Assembly (NCBI GenBank): GCA_963701105.1
Contig: OY969565.1
Span: forward strand, 102,396 to 166,395
Source: an uncultured Actinomycetota bacterium
GTDB lineage: Bacteria; Actinomycetota; Thermoleophilia; RBG-16-64-13
Direction of reading: 5' to 3'
DNA: 64,000 bases
Shown here piece by piece: positions 18,847-27,423 of this stretch. The notes beneath the pieces were generated by a model. It saw only the letters and a program-made list of their open reading frames with translations, ran no database searches and was not told the DNA's origin. The position numbers and the translations under genes were made by a program. Each line of letters begins with the position of its first letter. The first letter of the stretch is position 1.

Positions 18847-20091
18847 GTGCGTCCGTCCGCGCTCTCCGGTCGTCTTACGACCATCTTCGACCGGCGCACG
18901 GCCATCTTCGGCCTCTTCACCGCCGCCTACTTCCTCTCCTACTTCTTCCGCTCAGCCAACGCGGTCATCGCTCCCGATCTGTCTCGCGACCTCCATCTAG
19001 GGGCCGAGCAGCTCGGTCTGATGACCAGCCTCTTCTACGCCGCCTTCGCCGCCGTGCAGGTCCCACTGGGGGCCGCTCTCGATCGGTTCGGACCTCGGCT
19101 GGTGACCCCCGGCTTGATGCTCGTCACCGCCGTCGGAGCCGTCGTGTTCGCGACGTCTCATTCGTTCGCTCAATTGGCTCTCGGCCGGGCCCTGATCGGC
19201 ATGGGCATGGCCGGTGTGTTCATGGGATCACTCAAGGTGTTCAGCCAGTGGTTCTCGGTGCGGAGGTTCGCCCGCGTATCGGGATACCTGGTGGGCCTCG
19301 GAGCCATGGGCGCCCTGGCCGCGGCGACTCCGCTCGCGCTGGTGGTGCAGGCCGTCGGGTGGCGCGCCGTTTTCGTTGGCGGAGCCGTCCTGGTGGGGTT
19401 GAGTTCGCTCAGCGTCTTCACATGGGCACGGAACGCTCCGGAGGGTGTGGAGTGGAAAACGAGCGGCGGACCCCGGGGCAGCGTCGCCCAGGTGTTCCGC
19501 GACGGGCGCTTCTGGCGCATCGCCGCCTTGGACTTCTTCCTGGTGGGGACCCTCCTTTCCATGCAGGGCTTGTGGGGCGGCCCGTTCCTCTACGACGTCT
19601 TCGGCCTTCCCCAGGTGCAGGCGGGCAACCTGTTGGTCTCTCTCTCCCTTGGCGGCTTCTTCGGATACATAGCGAGCGGGTCGTTCGCCGAGCGATACGG
19701 GGCGTCGCGGGTGGTGCAATGGGCGTCGGCGGTGTTCCTGGCGGCCCAGGTGGGCATGATCGTGGGAGGGCTCTCCGGACAGTTGTGGGTGGTGTGGATC
19801 GCCTACCCGGCCTTCGGCTTCGCCGGGGCCTTCAACATCCTGCTCATGGCGCACGCCCGCTCCGTCTTCCCTACATCCATGACGGGACGCGCCGTGACCG
19901 CCGTCAACCTCTTCGGTATCGGCGGCACCGCCCTGATCCAGTGGGGCATGGGAGTGGTGATCGGGTCGTTCGGGCGGGACTCGGCCGGTCACTACCCTCC
20001 GGAAGCCTACGCCACGGCGATGGCGGTGACCGTCGCGGGCGGCGTGGCGAGTCTTCTCTGGTATCGATCCTTGGCGCGTCGCGGGCCGTGA
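18847..20091 (+). CDS. MFS transporter
   Basis: 414 aa, about 12 predicted helices. LGAALDRFGPR loop motif. Confidence 0.8.
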   Translation: MRPSALSGRLTTIFDRRTAIFGLFTAAYFLSYFFRSANAVIAPDLSRDLHLGAEQLGLMTSLFYAAFAAVQVPLGAALDRFGPRLVTPGLMLVTAVGAVVFATSHSFAQLALGRALIGMGMAGVFMGSLKVFSQWFSVRRFARVSGYLVGLGAMGALAAATPLALVVQAVGWRAVFVGGAVLVGLSSLSVFTWARNAPEGVEWKTSGGPRGSVAQVFRDGRFWRIAALDFFLVGTLLSMQGLWGGPFLYDVFGLPQVQAGNLLVSLSLGGFFGYIASGSFAERYGASRVVQWASAVFLAAQVGMIVGGLSGQLWVVWIAYPAFGFAGAFNILLMAHARSVFPTSMTGRAVTAVNLFGIGGTALIQWGMGVVIGSFGRDSAGHYPPEAYATAMAVTVAGGVASLLWYRSLARRGP

Positions 20092-20361
20092 TGGGGGCCT
20101 TCCGTCTGCCCGTCCGCCGTTGTAGTGATATTCTGCGCGTATGTCCGTCTCGGTAGAAGTGCCATCCAGATGAGGGGATCAAGCGTGGAGAGCACGGGGG
20201 TGCTTCCGTGACGTCTGCGGGTGCCATGCAGGTGGTCGCGATACTCCTAGCACTCTGTGCGTTGGCGTTTGTCGCCTTCTCGACCGCCTACTACGTCCGG
20301 AATCGCAGGATGGCGATGGCGGCCCGCGAATCCGGAAAGTGTGCGGAGAAGGAGGGTCCCC

Positions 20362-21312
20362 ATGGGAGCAGGTGACGGTCGGCGCGTCGACGCCTCGCTT
20401 CGAGCGGCGCGGGCACCGAGCGCGCGCTCGGCGCGCGGGCGCCGCTCGCCCTGGTTGCCGCTGGCCGCGCTGGCCGTGGCCCTCCTGCTGCCGCTCCTTG
20501 CGGGGTGCAAGATCCAGATGAATCTGGACACGACCATAGGGTCCGACGGATCCGGGAGCGTGGGCGTGCACCTCTCCGCCGACAAAGAGATCCAGGACCT
20601 CATGGCGTCTCAAGGAGGCGGCGGAGATCTCTTCAGCGAGTTCGCGGCCGGAGTGCCGGAAGGTTGGGACTCGGATTCCGGCACGGATCCCGACGGCACC
20701 CGGTGGGTGAAAGCCTCCCGCACGTTCGACGATCCATCTGAGATCATGTCGTTCCTTCAGCAGGGAGACACCTCTCCCGCCGAAAGCCTCGGGGCCCAGG
20801 AGTTCTCGCTGACCCAGGAGAAGGGCCCGCTCTCGGTGAAGACCGTCTTCTCCGCCAAGTGGGACATGAGCTCCGCACTGGCGGCCACGGGCGAGCAGGC
20901 TCCCGAGGGGATGGACCCCGCCGCCCTGTCGAGCATCTTCGAGGTGCAGAACCGGCTGACCTTGCCCGGATCGATCAAAGAGAACAACGCCGACGAGGTC
21001 GACGGGAACACGCTGATATGGCGTCCGTCCCTGTCCGGGGCCACGGAGATGAACGCGGTCAGCGTCGCGTACAGGTGGCCCGTCATAGGAGGGATAGTCG
21101 CGGCCGTCCTCGTGCTTCTGGCCTTGATCATTGGGATAGTGCTGATTCTGCGTAGGGGAAGGCACGGGACGGTGCCCCTGCCCACCTCACCCGGCTACAC
21201 GCCTCCCACCGGGCCGCTCGAACCGAACCGGATGCCGGTTCCACCGACAGACAGTACGCCGGTCGAGACGCCGCCGTGGTCGCCGCCGCCACCCCCGGAG
21301 CAACCGAGCTAG
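20362..21312 (+). CDS. LppM/DUF3153-like lipoprotein with C-terminal membrane anchor and Pro-rich tail
   Basis: ATG 20362 after AGGAGGG. Signal peptide with lipobox LLAGC. Body resembles mycobacterial LppM (EVDGNTLIWRPSLSGATEMNAVSV). C-terminal TM helix VIGGIVAAVLVLLALIIGIVLIL. Confidence 0.55.
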   Translation: MGAGDGRRVDASLRAARAPSARSARGRRSPWLPLAALAVALLLPLLAGCKIQMNLDTTIGSDGSGSVGVHLSADKEIQDLMASQGGGGDLFSEFAAGVPEGWDSDSGTDPDGTRWVKASRTFDDPSEIMSFLQQGDTSPAESLGAQEFSLTQEKGPLSVKTVFSAKWDMSSALAATGEQAPEGMDPAALSSIFEVQNRLTLPGSIKENNADEVDGNTLIWRPSLSGATEMNAVSVAYRWPVIGGIVAAVLVLLALIIGIVLILRRGRHGTVPLPTSPGYTPPTGPLEPNRMPVPPTDSTPVETPPWSPPPPPEQPS

Positions 21313-22488
21313 GTGGGGCGACTACCAGTGCGCGTGCTAAGGACCAGGAGATACGCAGGCGCCTCTCGGCTCGGGCCGCGACGTCGGCTCTGGACGAACC
21401 CCGCCCGAGGCGCCGCGGCTCTCGGGCTGGTCGCGCTCGGCTTTCTCTCCATGTTCCCGGCCAGCGCTCAAGGCTCGAAGCTATCGGACACCCGTAGCGA
21501 CCTCGCGGCCGCCCGCAGTCAACTGGGAAGACTGCAGGCTGAAGTCGACGAGTTGGCCGGGACCTACGCGCGCTCCGAGGCGCGGCTCTACGAGTTGGAC
21601 GATGCCGTCGAGGCGGCCGAGAAAGACGAGGCCCGCTCCCGTGGGGACCTCGATCTCATGCAGGCCCAGCTGACCAAGCGTGTGGTCCATCTCTACAAGG
21701 ACAGGAGCGGGATGGTCCCCCTGTTCCTCGAGGTGCTCTTCGATTCCGGCGACTTCTCGGCCGTCATGCAGCGCTTCGGTCTGCTCAACAGGGTCGCGGC
21801 TCAAGATCGAGAGACGCTCGAACAGGTGGATACGCACTTGGCGAAGGTTCTGGTGCTCGAGAAAGATCTCGCGCAGAAGAAGCTCGAGCAGGAGCAGAAG
21901 ATGGCCGAGTTGAAGACCGCACGCCAGACCATGGAGACGCGCATGCAGGCGGTTGCGGTCGAGTACCGCAGGCTGAAGACGAGGGTCGCCACACTCGAGG
22001 AGGAGGCCCGCCGAGCGGCTGAAGCCGAGAGGGCCCGCGCCAAGGCCTCCGTGGCCTCGAGCAGGGGCGCCAGCGTCGCGGCGAAAGGTTTCGTGTTCCC
22101 CGTCGATGGGCCGCACTCATACATCAACGATTGGGGCTTCGCGCGATCGGGGGGCCGTTCGCACAAGGGCACCGACATCATGGCGCCGCGGGGCACCGCC
22201 GTCGTGGCTGTGGTGGGCGGCAGGATACGTCGCTCGGCCTACGGTTCGGGACTCGGCGGCACGATCGTGTGGCTCGACGGCAGTAACGGGTCCAGTTACT
22301 ACTTCGCACACCTGGACAGCATCGCGGGCGGCATCCGCTCGGGCGTTTCGGTCCGCGCCGGCCAACTCATCGGACGAGTAGGCAGCAGCGGCAACGCGCG
22401 GGGAGGGTCACCGCATCTGCATTTTGAGATACACCCGGGGGGCGGAGGGGCTATCAACCCCTACTTCATCCTCAGAGCCTCGGACTGA
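21313..22488 (+). CDS. M23 family metallopeptidase with N-terminal coiled coil
   Basis: 391 aa. Signal peptide, long coiled coil, then HKGTDIMAPRGTAVVAV...SPHLHFEIH (H-x-x-x-D and H-x-H motifs). Confidence 0.85.
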   Translation: MGRLPVRVLRTRRYAGASRLGPRRRLWTNPARGAAALGLVALGFLSMFPASAQGSKLSDTRSDLAAARSQLGRLQAEVDELAGTYARSEARLYELDDAVEAAEKDEARSRGDLDLMQAQLTKRVVHLYKDRSGMVPLFLEVLFDSGDFSAVMQRFGLLNRVAAQDRETLEQVDTHLAKVLVLEKDLAQKKLEQEQKMAELKTARQTMETRMQAVAVEYRRLKTRVATLEEEARRAAEAERARAKASVASSRGASVAAKGFVFPVDGPHSYINDWGFARSGGRSHKGTDIMAPRGTAVVAVVGGRIRRSAYGSGLGGTIVWLDGSNGSSYYFAHLDSIAGGIRSGVSVRAGQLIGRVGSSGNARGGSPHLHFEIHPGGGGAINPYFILRASD

Positions 22489-22565
22489 GAGCGGAGCCTC
22501 CGAGACCGACCCCGACTGCGCGGCTCGATCCCCAGCGTAGGCGCTCGATCCCTCACCGAGCTTTC

Positions 22566-23675
22566 TCAGGCGCGCAGTACGGGCGGCTGCAGAGGCGTCT
22601 CCGAGTAGAGTTCCAGCCAGACCAAGAACAGGTCTTCGGCGAGCCCCATGATGTAGTCGCGTCCTCTGGGTCCGCCTTCGAGCTGATCGAGCCAGCGGGC
22701 CGGCCAGAGCCCCGACCCGTGGTAGGCGCCGGAGAGGGCTCCGGTCATGGCTGCGATCGTGTCCGTGTCTCCCCCCAGGGAGACCGCGTGGATCAGGCTC
22801 TGTTCCGGGTAGTTCGCGTTCGCCAGGAAGCAGTAGAGGGCGGTGGGCACCGAGTGGAAGGCCCGCGCGTCGTTTCCGAGAACTGCTGAGACCTGCTCGG
22901 CGGCGGCCAGCCGTTTGTCGCTCGAGTCCCCCGGCTGGGGGGCGGGACAGTAGCGGAGCATGTGACTGACCTTCTCCAGTGATTCGCCGTAGAGACCTTC
23001 GTTCTCCTGCAACGCCAGGCGCACGAGACTCAGGAAGGCCTCCGTGTCGATGGGACCCTCCATCTCCACACCCCAACGAAGGGCCACAGCTACGCTGGTG
23101 GCCATGATGGCGGCACCGGCCCGACCCAAGGGGTGACAGTGCGTTATGTCGCTCTGTTCGCGGGCCACCTGCACGGCCCGATCGATATCCCTGTGGAAGA
23201 GGAGTCCCACGGGCGCCACGCGCATCGCCGAGCCGTTTCCAAAGGAGCCGCTGCCGTACGTGTGCGCGCCCGCACAGTCCCAAGAAACGCCGGCCGCGAT
23301 GCGCTCCAGCGCCTCGATGGTACCTCGGCCGTACCCGCGCCTCCGATCCAGCCGCGAGACGAAGGTGGAGGCGGCATGGGCGCCATCGAAGCCGCGACGC
23401 GCCACCAAGGATTCGGCCAGCGCTGCCATCATCTGCGTGTCGTCCGTGTAGGTGCCGCGGCCGAGGCGGGCTTCGAGCATGTCTTGGATGACCCCGTGCC
23501 GGTGTCGGATCGCCGCCGGGTTCATGCCTTCCACCGGCATCCCCAGGGCGTCGCCCAAGAACGTCCCCAGCATGCTGCCTACGAAGCGGTCTCGCACGGC
23601 CTCCTCGTGGTCCCGCGGGAATCGCGGGGGGACCGTGCGGAACTCTGTCTCGGCGTGTGGCGTACCGGCATTCAC
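22566..23675 (-). CDS. ADP-ribosylglycohydrolase family protein
   Basis: 369 aa. GTFLGDALGMPVEG near the N-terminus and GGDTDTIAAMTGALSGAYHG near the C-terminus. Confidence 0.85.
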   Translation of the reverse strand: MNAGTPHAETEFRTVPPRFPRDHEEAVRDRFVGSMLGTFLGDALGMPVEGMNPAAIRHRHGVIQDMLEARLGRGTYTDDTQMMAALAESLVARRGFDGAHAASTFVSRLDRRRGYGRGTIEALERIAAGVSWDCAGAHTYGSGSFGNGSAMRVAPVGLLFHRDIDRAVQVAREQSDITHCHPLGRAGAAIMATSVAVALRWGVEMEGPIDTEAFLSLVRLALQENEGLYGESLEKVSHMLRYCPAPQPGDSSDKRLAAAEQVSAVLGNDARAFHSVPTALYCFLANANYPEQSLIHAVSLGGDTDTIAAMTGALSGAYHGSGLWPARWLDQLEGGPRGRDYIMGLAEDLFLVWLELYSETPLQPPVLRA

Positions 23676-23787
23676 GTAGGATAGTCTACGCCGTCGCCCG
23701 AGTTGCGGCTACCTTCCGGCACCCCCATCGTCTGTTGGCTTGAGATTTGGTGGAAGGTCCGGCAAGAATTGAAAAAGGGGGACTAAA

Positions 23788-23814
23788 GGTACAAAATGGT
23801 CATAATAATGTACC
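23788..23814. promoter_or_regulatory. inverted repeat GGTACA-15 nt-TGTACC upstream of the antitoxin gene (candidate operator)
   Basis: GGTACA at 23788-23793 and TGTACC at 23809-23814 in an AT-rich stretch containing CATAAT/TAATAAT, 23 nt upstream of ATG 23837. Confidence 0.3.
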
Positions 23815-23836
23815 GTTTTGCCTGGGAGGGAGCGCG

Positions 23837-24091
23837 ATGACCACAGTCACCGCTAAACAGCTGAAGGAAGCTTCGGCTGATGTCTTGAGCCGCGTCCAAT
23901 ACGGACATGAACGCATCGTAGTCACGCGTCATGGCAAGGAAGTCGCAGCTGTGGTCTCGATTGAAGACGCTCGTCTGCTTGACCGCCTGCAGGACGTGCT
24001 CGACGTTCATGATGCTCTCGCAGCGATTGAAGAGGCCGAGCGCGAAGGCACAGTCAGCCTCGGCGACTTGCGCAAGAAGCTCGGCCGCTGA
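23837..24091 (+). CDS. type II antitoxin, Phd/YefM family
   Basis: 84 aa from ATG 23837 after GGGAGGG. AKQLKEASADVLSRVQYGHERIVVTRHGKEVAAVVSIED is Phd/YefM-like. Confidence 0.85.
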   Translation: MTTVTAKQLKEASADVLSRVQYGHERIVVTRHGKEVAAVVSIEDARLLDRLQDVLDVHDALAAIEEAEREGTVSLGDLRKKLGR

Positions 24092-24097
24092 CGGTCC

Positions 24098-24394
24098 GTG
24101 GCTTACGAGATACGGATAGCGCCCGCCGCAGAGCGAGCAATCGGGAAACTGTCCGCTCAGATTCAGGTTGCGGTCCTAGAAAAGCTTGAGGAACTCGCCG
24201 AAGATCCCCGACCGCCCGCCTGCGAAAAGGTGAAAGAGCTGGCGCAGTACGGTGTGTTTCGCGTGAAGGTGGGAAAGGACCATCGCATCTTGTACCAGGT
24301 GAAGGACGAGGTCGCCTTGATTCTCGTTGTGAAGGTTGCCGATCGGGAGGAAATCTACCAGCGCCTGGCTGATTTGAAGCGTCTGTTGAAGTAG
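24098..24394 (+). CDS. type II toxin, RelE/ParE family
   Basis: 98 aa, 6 nt after the antitoxin. FRVKVGKDHRILYQVKDEVALILVVKVADREEIY is RelE/StbE-like. Confidence 0.8.
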   Translation: MAYEIRIAPAAERAIGKLSAQIQVAVLEKLEELAEDPRPPACEKVKELAQYGVFRVKVGKDHRILYQVKDEVALILVVKVADREEIYQRLADLKRLLK

Positions 24395-24514
24395 CCCCCT
24401 GTCGGGCGACCCTCCTGCGCCAATGTCCGGAGCCCTCCAGGGGGACGTTCAGTCTGATATTGTCAGCCCAACGTCACCCCACGCGGCGGAGTCATCCGAA
24501 CTAGGCGAGGGATT

Positions 24515-24742
24515 ATGACTTTTGGCGAGTATGCTCTTGCTGCCCTTGTCGCGTTTGGCGATTTCCTGGTCTTCTTGGGCGCATGGCTCATGATGCTCTT
24601 CGCCTGGAGACGATTCCGGACCAGAAAGAAGCGATCCTTATCTAGTTATCTCCTGCTTTTCGCCTTCCCCGTGGGGATGATAATCATTTGGCTCACTGTC
24701 GGTCTCATGTACATCCTCTTCTTTGGAATACCGGAAGGGTAG
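24515..24742 (+). CDS. small membrane protein, two TM helices, unknown function
   Basis: 75 aa. Two hydrophobic helices flank RRFRTRKKR. Lower-GC islet. Confidence 0.45.
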   Translation: MTFGEYALAALVAFGDFLVFLGAWLMMLFAWRRFRTRKKRSLSSYLLLFAFPVGMIIIWLTVGLMYILFFGIPEG

Positions 24743-24750
24743 GTGAATGA

Positions 24751-25665
24751 GTGAGTCAATATGAGATGAATCGCATATGGAGCTGGAGGCCTTCGGTTAG
24801 AGTGAAGATCGTTCTCTTAGTGATCCCGATCGCCCTCGCGGCAGGGTTGGTGCTCGGACAGCACTCGAACGGGTCGGCGTCAGGATCACCGGAGGAGGCC
24901 GTCAGAGTGTATCTGGGTGCATTGGCGAGCGGGGACAAAGTCGCTGCGGATGCTGTGCTCTCCTCGCAAACGAGAGGTCATGCGTCCGAAGCAGAGGAAG
25001 ATGAGGCCTTCAACCTTGGGGGCATTGCAGCCTCCGGGGAGATCTCCGTCAACGGCTCCCGCCCCTTGGATGCAGTCAACGTTCTCGTCAAAGTTGGGTT
25101 CGTCGGCCGCGACGGAACTACTCAGACGCTTGAGATCCCCTCTGCGCTCGAAGACGGGTCGTGGCGGGTGAAGCCGATCACCAAGTCCATGATGACTCGT
25201 AGGCTCGAGGGGCCCTATCCGGCGGAGGCGCAGATGGCCAACGGAACACTGCGCGTCGCGGTGGGAGGGCTTGTGTTCTGGAAAGACCGGCCGTCCATCG
25301 GCCTGGACATCGAAGGAATCAATGTTGACGACAAGGTGATTCAAGTTTCGTGGCGGAAGTTCACAGCCACCCTCTCTGACGGGCAGACAACGTGGGCCGG
25401 AGACGTTTCCGTCTATTCGGACAACAACCCATATGGTCCGCGCGACCCGGCGGATGTCAGTCCTCCTCCTCTTGCTCCGGGGGGCCACATGATCATGCAT
25501 TTCGAGCTGGGCGGCGGGCAGCAACTGTCTGCCTCTGGGCCCTGGGCAGTGACCGTCCGCGACGGCGACGGAGAAACAGCCGAGATGAAGATGGAGCCTG
25601 CCATGTCGGATGCGCTGGTGATGGACCGTTGGCTCACGCTGTCCGGTGAGGAGAAGGCTTTCTGA
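24751..25665 (+). CDS. membrane-anchored hypothetical protein
   Basis: 304 aa. N-terminal TM anchor KIVLLVIPIALAAGLVLG. An EEAVRVYLGALASGD segment resembles DUF4878-type domains. The C-terminal beta-rich half is unassigned. Confidence 0.55.
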   Translation: MSQYEMNRIWSWRPSVRVKIVLLVIPIALAAGLVLGQHSNGSASGSPEEAVRVYLGALASGDKVAADAVLSSQTRGHASEAEEDEAFNLGGIAASGEISVNGSRPLDAVNVLVKVGFVGRDGTTQTLEIPSALEDGSWRVKPITKSMMTRRLEGPYPAEAQMANGTLRVAVGGLVFWKDRPSIGLDIEGINVDDKVIQVSWRKFTATLSDGQTTWAGDVSVYSDNNPYGPRDPADVSPPPLAPGGHMIMHFELGGGQQLSASGPWAVTVRDGDGETAEMKMEPAMSDALVMDRWLTLSGEEKAF

Positions 25666-25908
25666 GCGACGGCGTCTTCCGTGGTTCGGCTGCTCGGAAC
25701 CTAGGCCGGTTCCGCAGTTGGGGGCTGAGCGCTCGGAGCCGGCTGACGCCGGTCGAAAAAGAGATCATGGTGGCGCCACCTGACGGCGGCTGACTGGACG
25801 ATTAGCATCAGGCGGGGGCGCGCCGCCACGATCTGTGGGTCGTGCGGTTAGGTCGCGCCTGCGCCGGGTACCGCCAACGAGAACACAGACGAGAAGGAAG
25901 GGGTCCCG

Positions 25909-27048
25909 TTGGAGCTTCGCCAGGTCGACCACGCCGCCATCGCTCCGATGCGCGAGCAGAAGCTGCTTCACTATCACCTCCCGTTGCTCCCCGATTTCCA
26001 CACCCATCTCGCTCATCACGCCGAGGCCTGGCAGATCTGGGACGCCGAGAGCGCGGTCGGTTACGTGCTCGCTCTAAGAGAACCGCAGGGAGACCACGAG
26101 CACGTCACCCTCATCGAACTCTTCCTGACCCCGCCCTACCGCGACTCGTACGAGGACGCCGTGGCCGCGACCAGGGATCAGATCGAGCCGCGCGCTTATC
26201 TGGTACGCAGCGACGACTGCACGTACGTGACCGCCCTCCTGGCTTCGGGGTATCAGATGGAGGTGAGCATGGCGGTGATGGCGGCGAAGGTCGTAATGCG
26301 GCCTCAAGAAGAGCACGGTCTGAACCTGACGCCGCTCGACTATCCGCATCTGCGGGCGGCGCACGATCTGTATCTGCACGTGCGGGGAGTGGAGCAGGCT
26401 CCGACCTACTCCGAGTTGGAGGCCCGCATCGAGGACGACGCGCTGTGGGTGCTCACCGACCACGACCAGCCCATAGGACTGGTGGCGAGGGAGCCCAGCG
26501 AAGGGGACCGGTACTGTCTGCTCGATATCATCGCGCCGCACGCCAGGAGGGAAGCGCAGCTGTGGGGACTGCTCACTGCCGGCATCATGATCGACGAGGA
26601 AGGTCGCACGGCGGCGGCGCTCCTGGACATGCGCGATATGGACAAGATCGACGTCTATCGGCTTGCTGGATACTACACGGCTGCGACCTACTTGGTCTTC
26701 TACGACGCGGAGGCCGGCCGCCCCAGCGTGCCCATCATCGAACGAGCCGAGCTGTGGGAGATGATCCAAGCGGACGAGCCCTTCCACCTCATCGACGTGC
26801 TTGGCAAAGAACACTGGGCTGAGGGTCATCTGCCCGGCGCCGAATGGGCGGACTTCAAGAGTCTCGTGAAGAAGATGCGCCGCTACAAGAAGGACGAGAA
26901 GATCGTCCTCTACTGTAACGACTACATATGAGAGGCTTCAGGCATCGCAGCCGATAAGCTGCGACAGTTAGGCTACACCGACGTGTCAGAATACAGGGCC
27001 GGGCTGGACGACTGGGTGAGGGCAGGCCTGCCTGTGGAGAGGGGCTGA
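25909..27048 (+). CDS. selenoprotein: tandem GNAT-like repeats fused to a rhodanese domain with C-x4-U active-site loop (TGA 26929-26931 read as Sec)
   Basis: Track ORF 25909-26931 stops at TGA inside a rhodanese domain. Reading through in frame gives ...HLIDVLGKEHWAEGHLPGAEW...KIVLYCNDYI-U-EASGIAADKLRQLGYTDVSEYRAGLDDWVRAGLPVERG*, the intact C-terminal half of the rhodanese fold. Hairpin 13 nt downstream. The same window carries a Sec-type selD. TTG 25909 start is tentative (ATG 25948 alternative). Confidence 0.7.
26945..26964 (+). promoter_or_regulatory. candidate SECIS hairpin for the rhodanese selenoprotein
   Basis: TCGCAGC-CGATAA-GCTGCGA, a 7-bp perfect stem with 6-nt loop, starting 13 nt after UGA 26929-26931. 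Confidence 0.45.
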
Positions 27049-27423
27049 ATGGGACTCTTTGAGCGCATACTGGGGCGGCGGCCTGCAGATTCGGTCGTCC
27101 TCTACCATTCCCCCACCTGAGGGGACTGCCACGAAGCCAGAAGGTTCTTCTCGGCACATGGAGTACAGGTGGTGGCCCACGACGTCACCGCGGGCGAGGA
27201 GGTGCGACGTCGCATGGAGGCGCAACTCGGGCGGGTGGCCACGCCCGCCATCGTGATCGGGCAGCGCGTGTTCTGGGGATTCGAAGACAACAAGCGTGAT
27301 ATCGCCCAACTCCTGGGAGTCGGCATGGACGCCGACGGGAGCGAGTCTGCGCCCGACGCCGCCGCCTCCGACGTAGCCGGGGCGTCCGATGCCGCGGCCT
27401 CCGATCCTGGGGCACCGTCGTGA
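27049..27423 (+). CDS. selenoprotein: glutaredoxin/NrdH-like protein with U-x-x-C redox motif (TGA 27118-27120 read as Sec)
   Basis: ATG 27049 directly abuts the upstream stop (TGAATG). MGLFERILGRRPADSVVLYHSPT-U-GDCHEARRFFSAHGVQVVAHDVTAGEEVRRRMEAQLGRVATPAIVIGQRVFWGFEDNK has the Grx fold pattern: beta1-CxxC position, cis-Pro TP, GF. Track ORF 27169-27423 is only its C-terminal part. Confidence 0.75.
27136..27155 (+). promoter_or_regulatory. candidate SECIS hairpin for the Grx-like selenoprotein
   Basis: GCCAGAAG-GUU-CUUCU(C)GGC, an 8-bp stem with one bulged C and a 3-nt loop, starting 15 nt after UGA 27118-27120. Confidence 0.4.

Noticed and set aside
27169-27423. Stand-alone 84-aa ORF
   Set aside because: It is the C-terminal two-thirds of the Grx-like selenoprotein starting at 27049.
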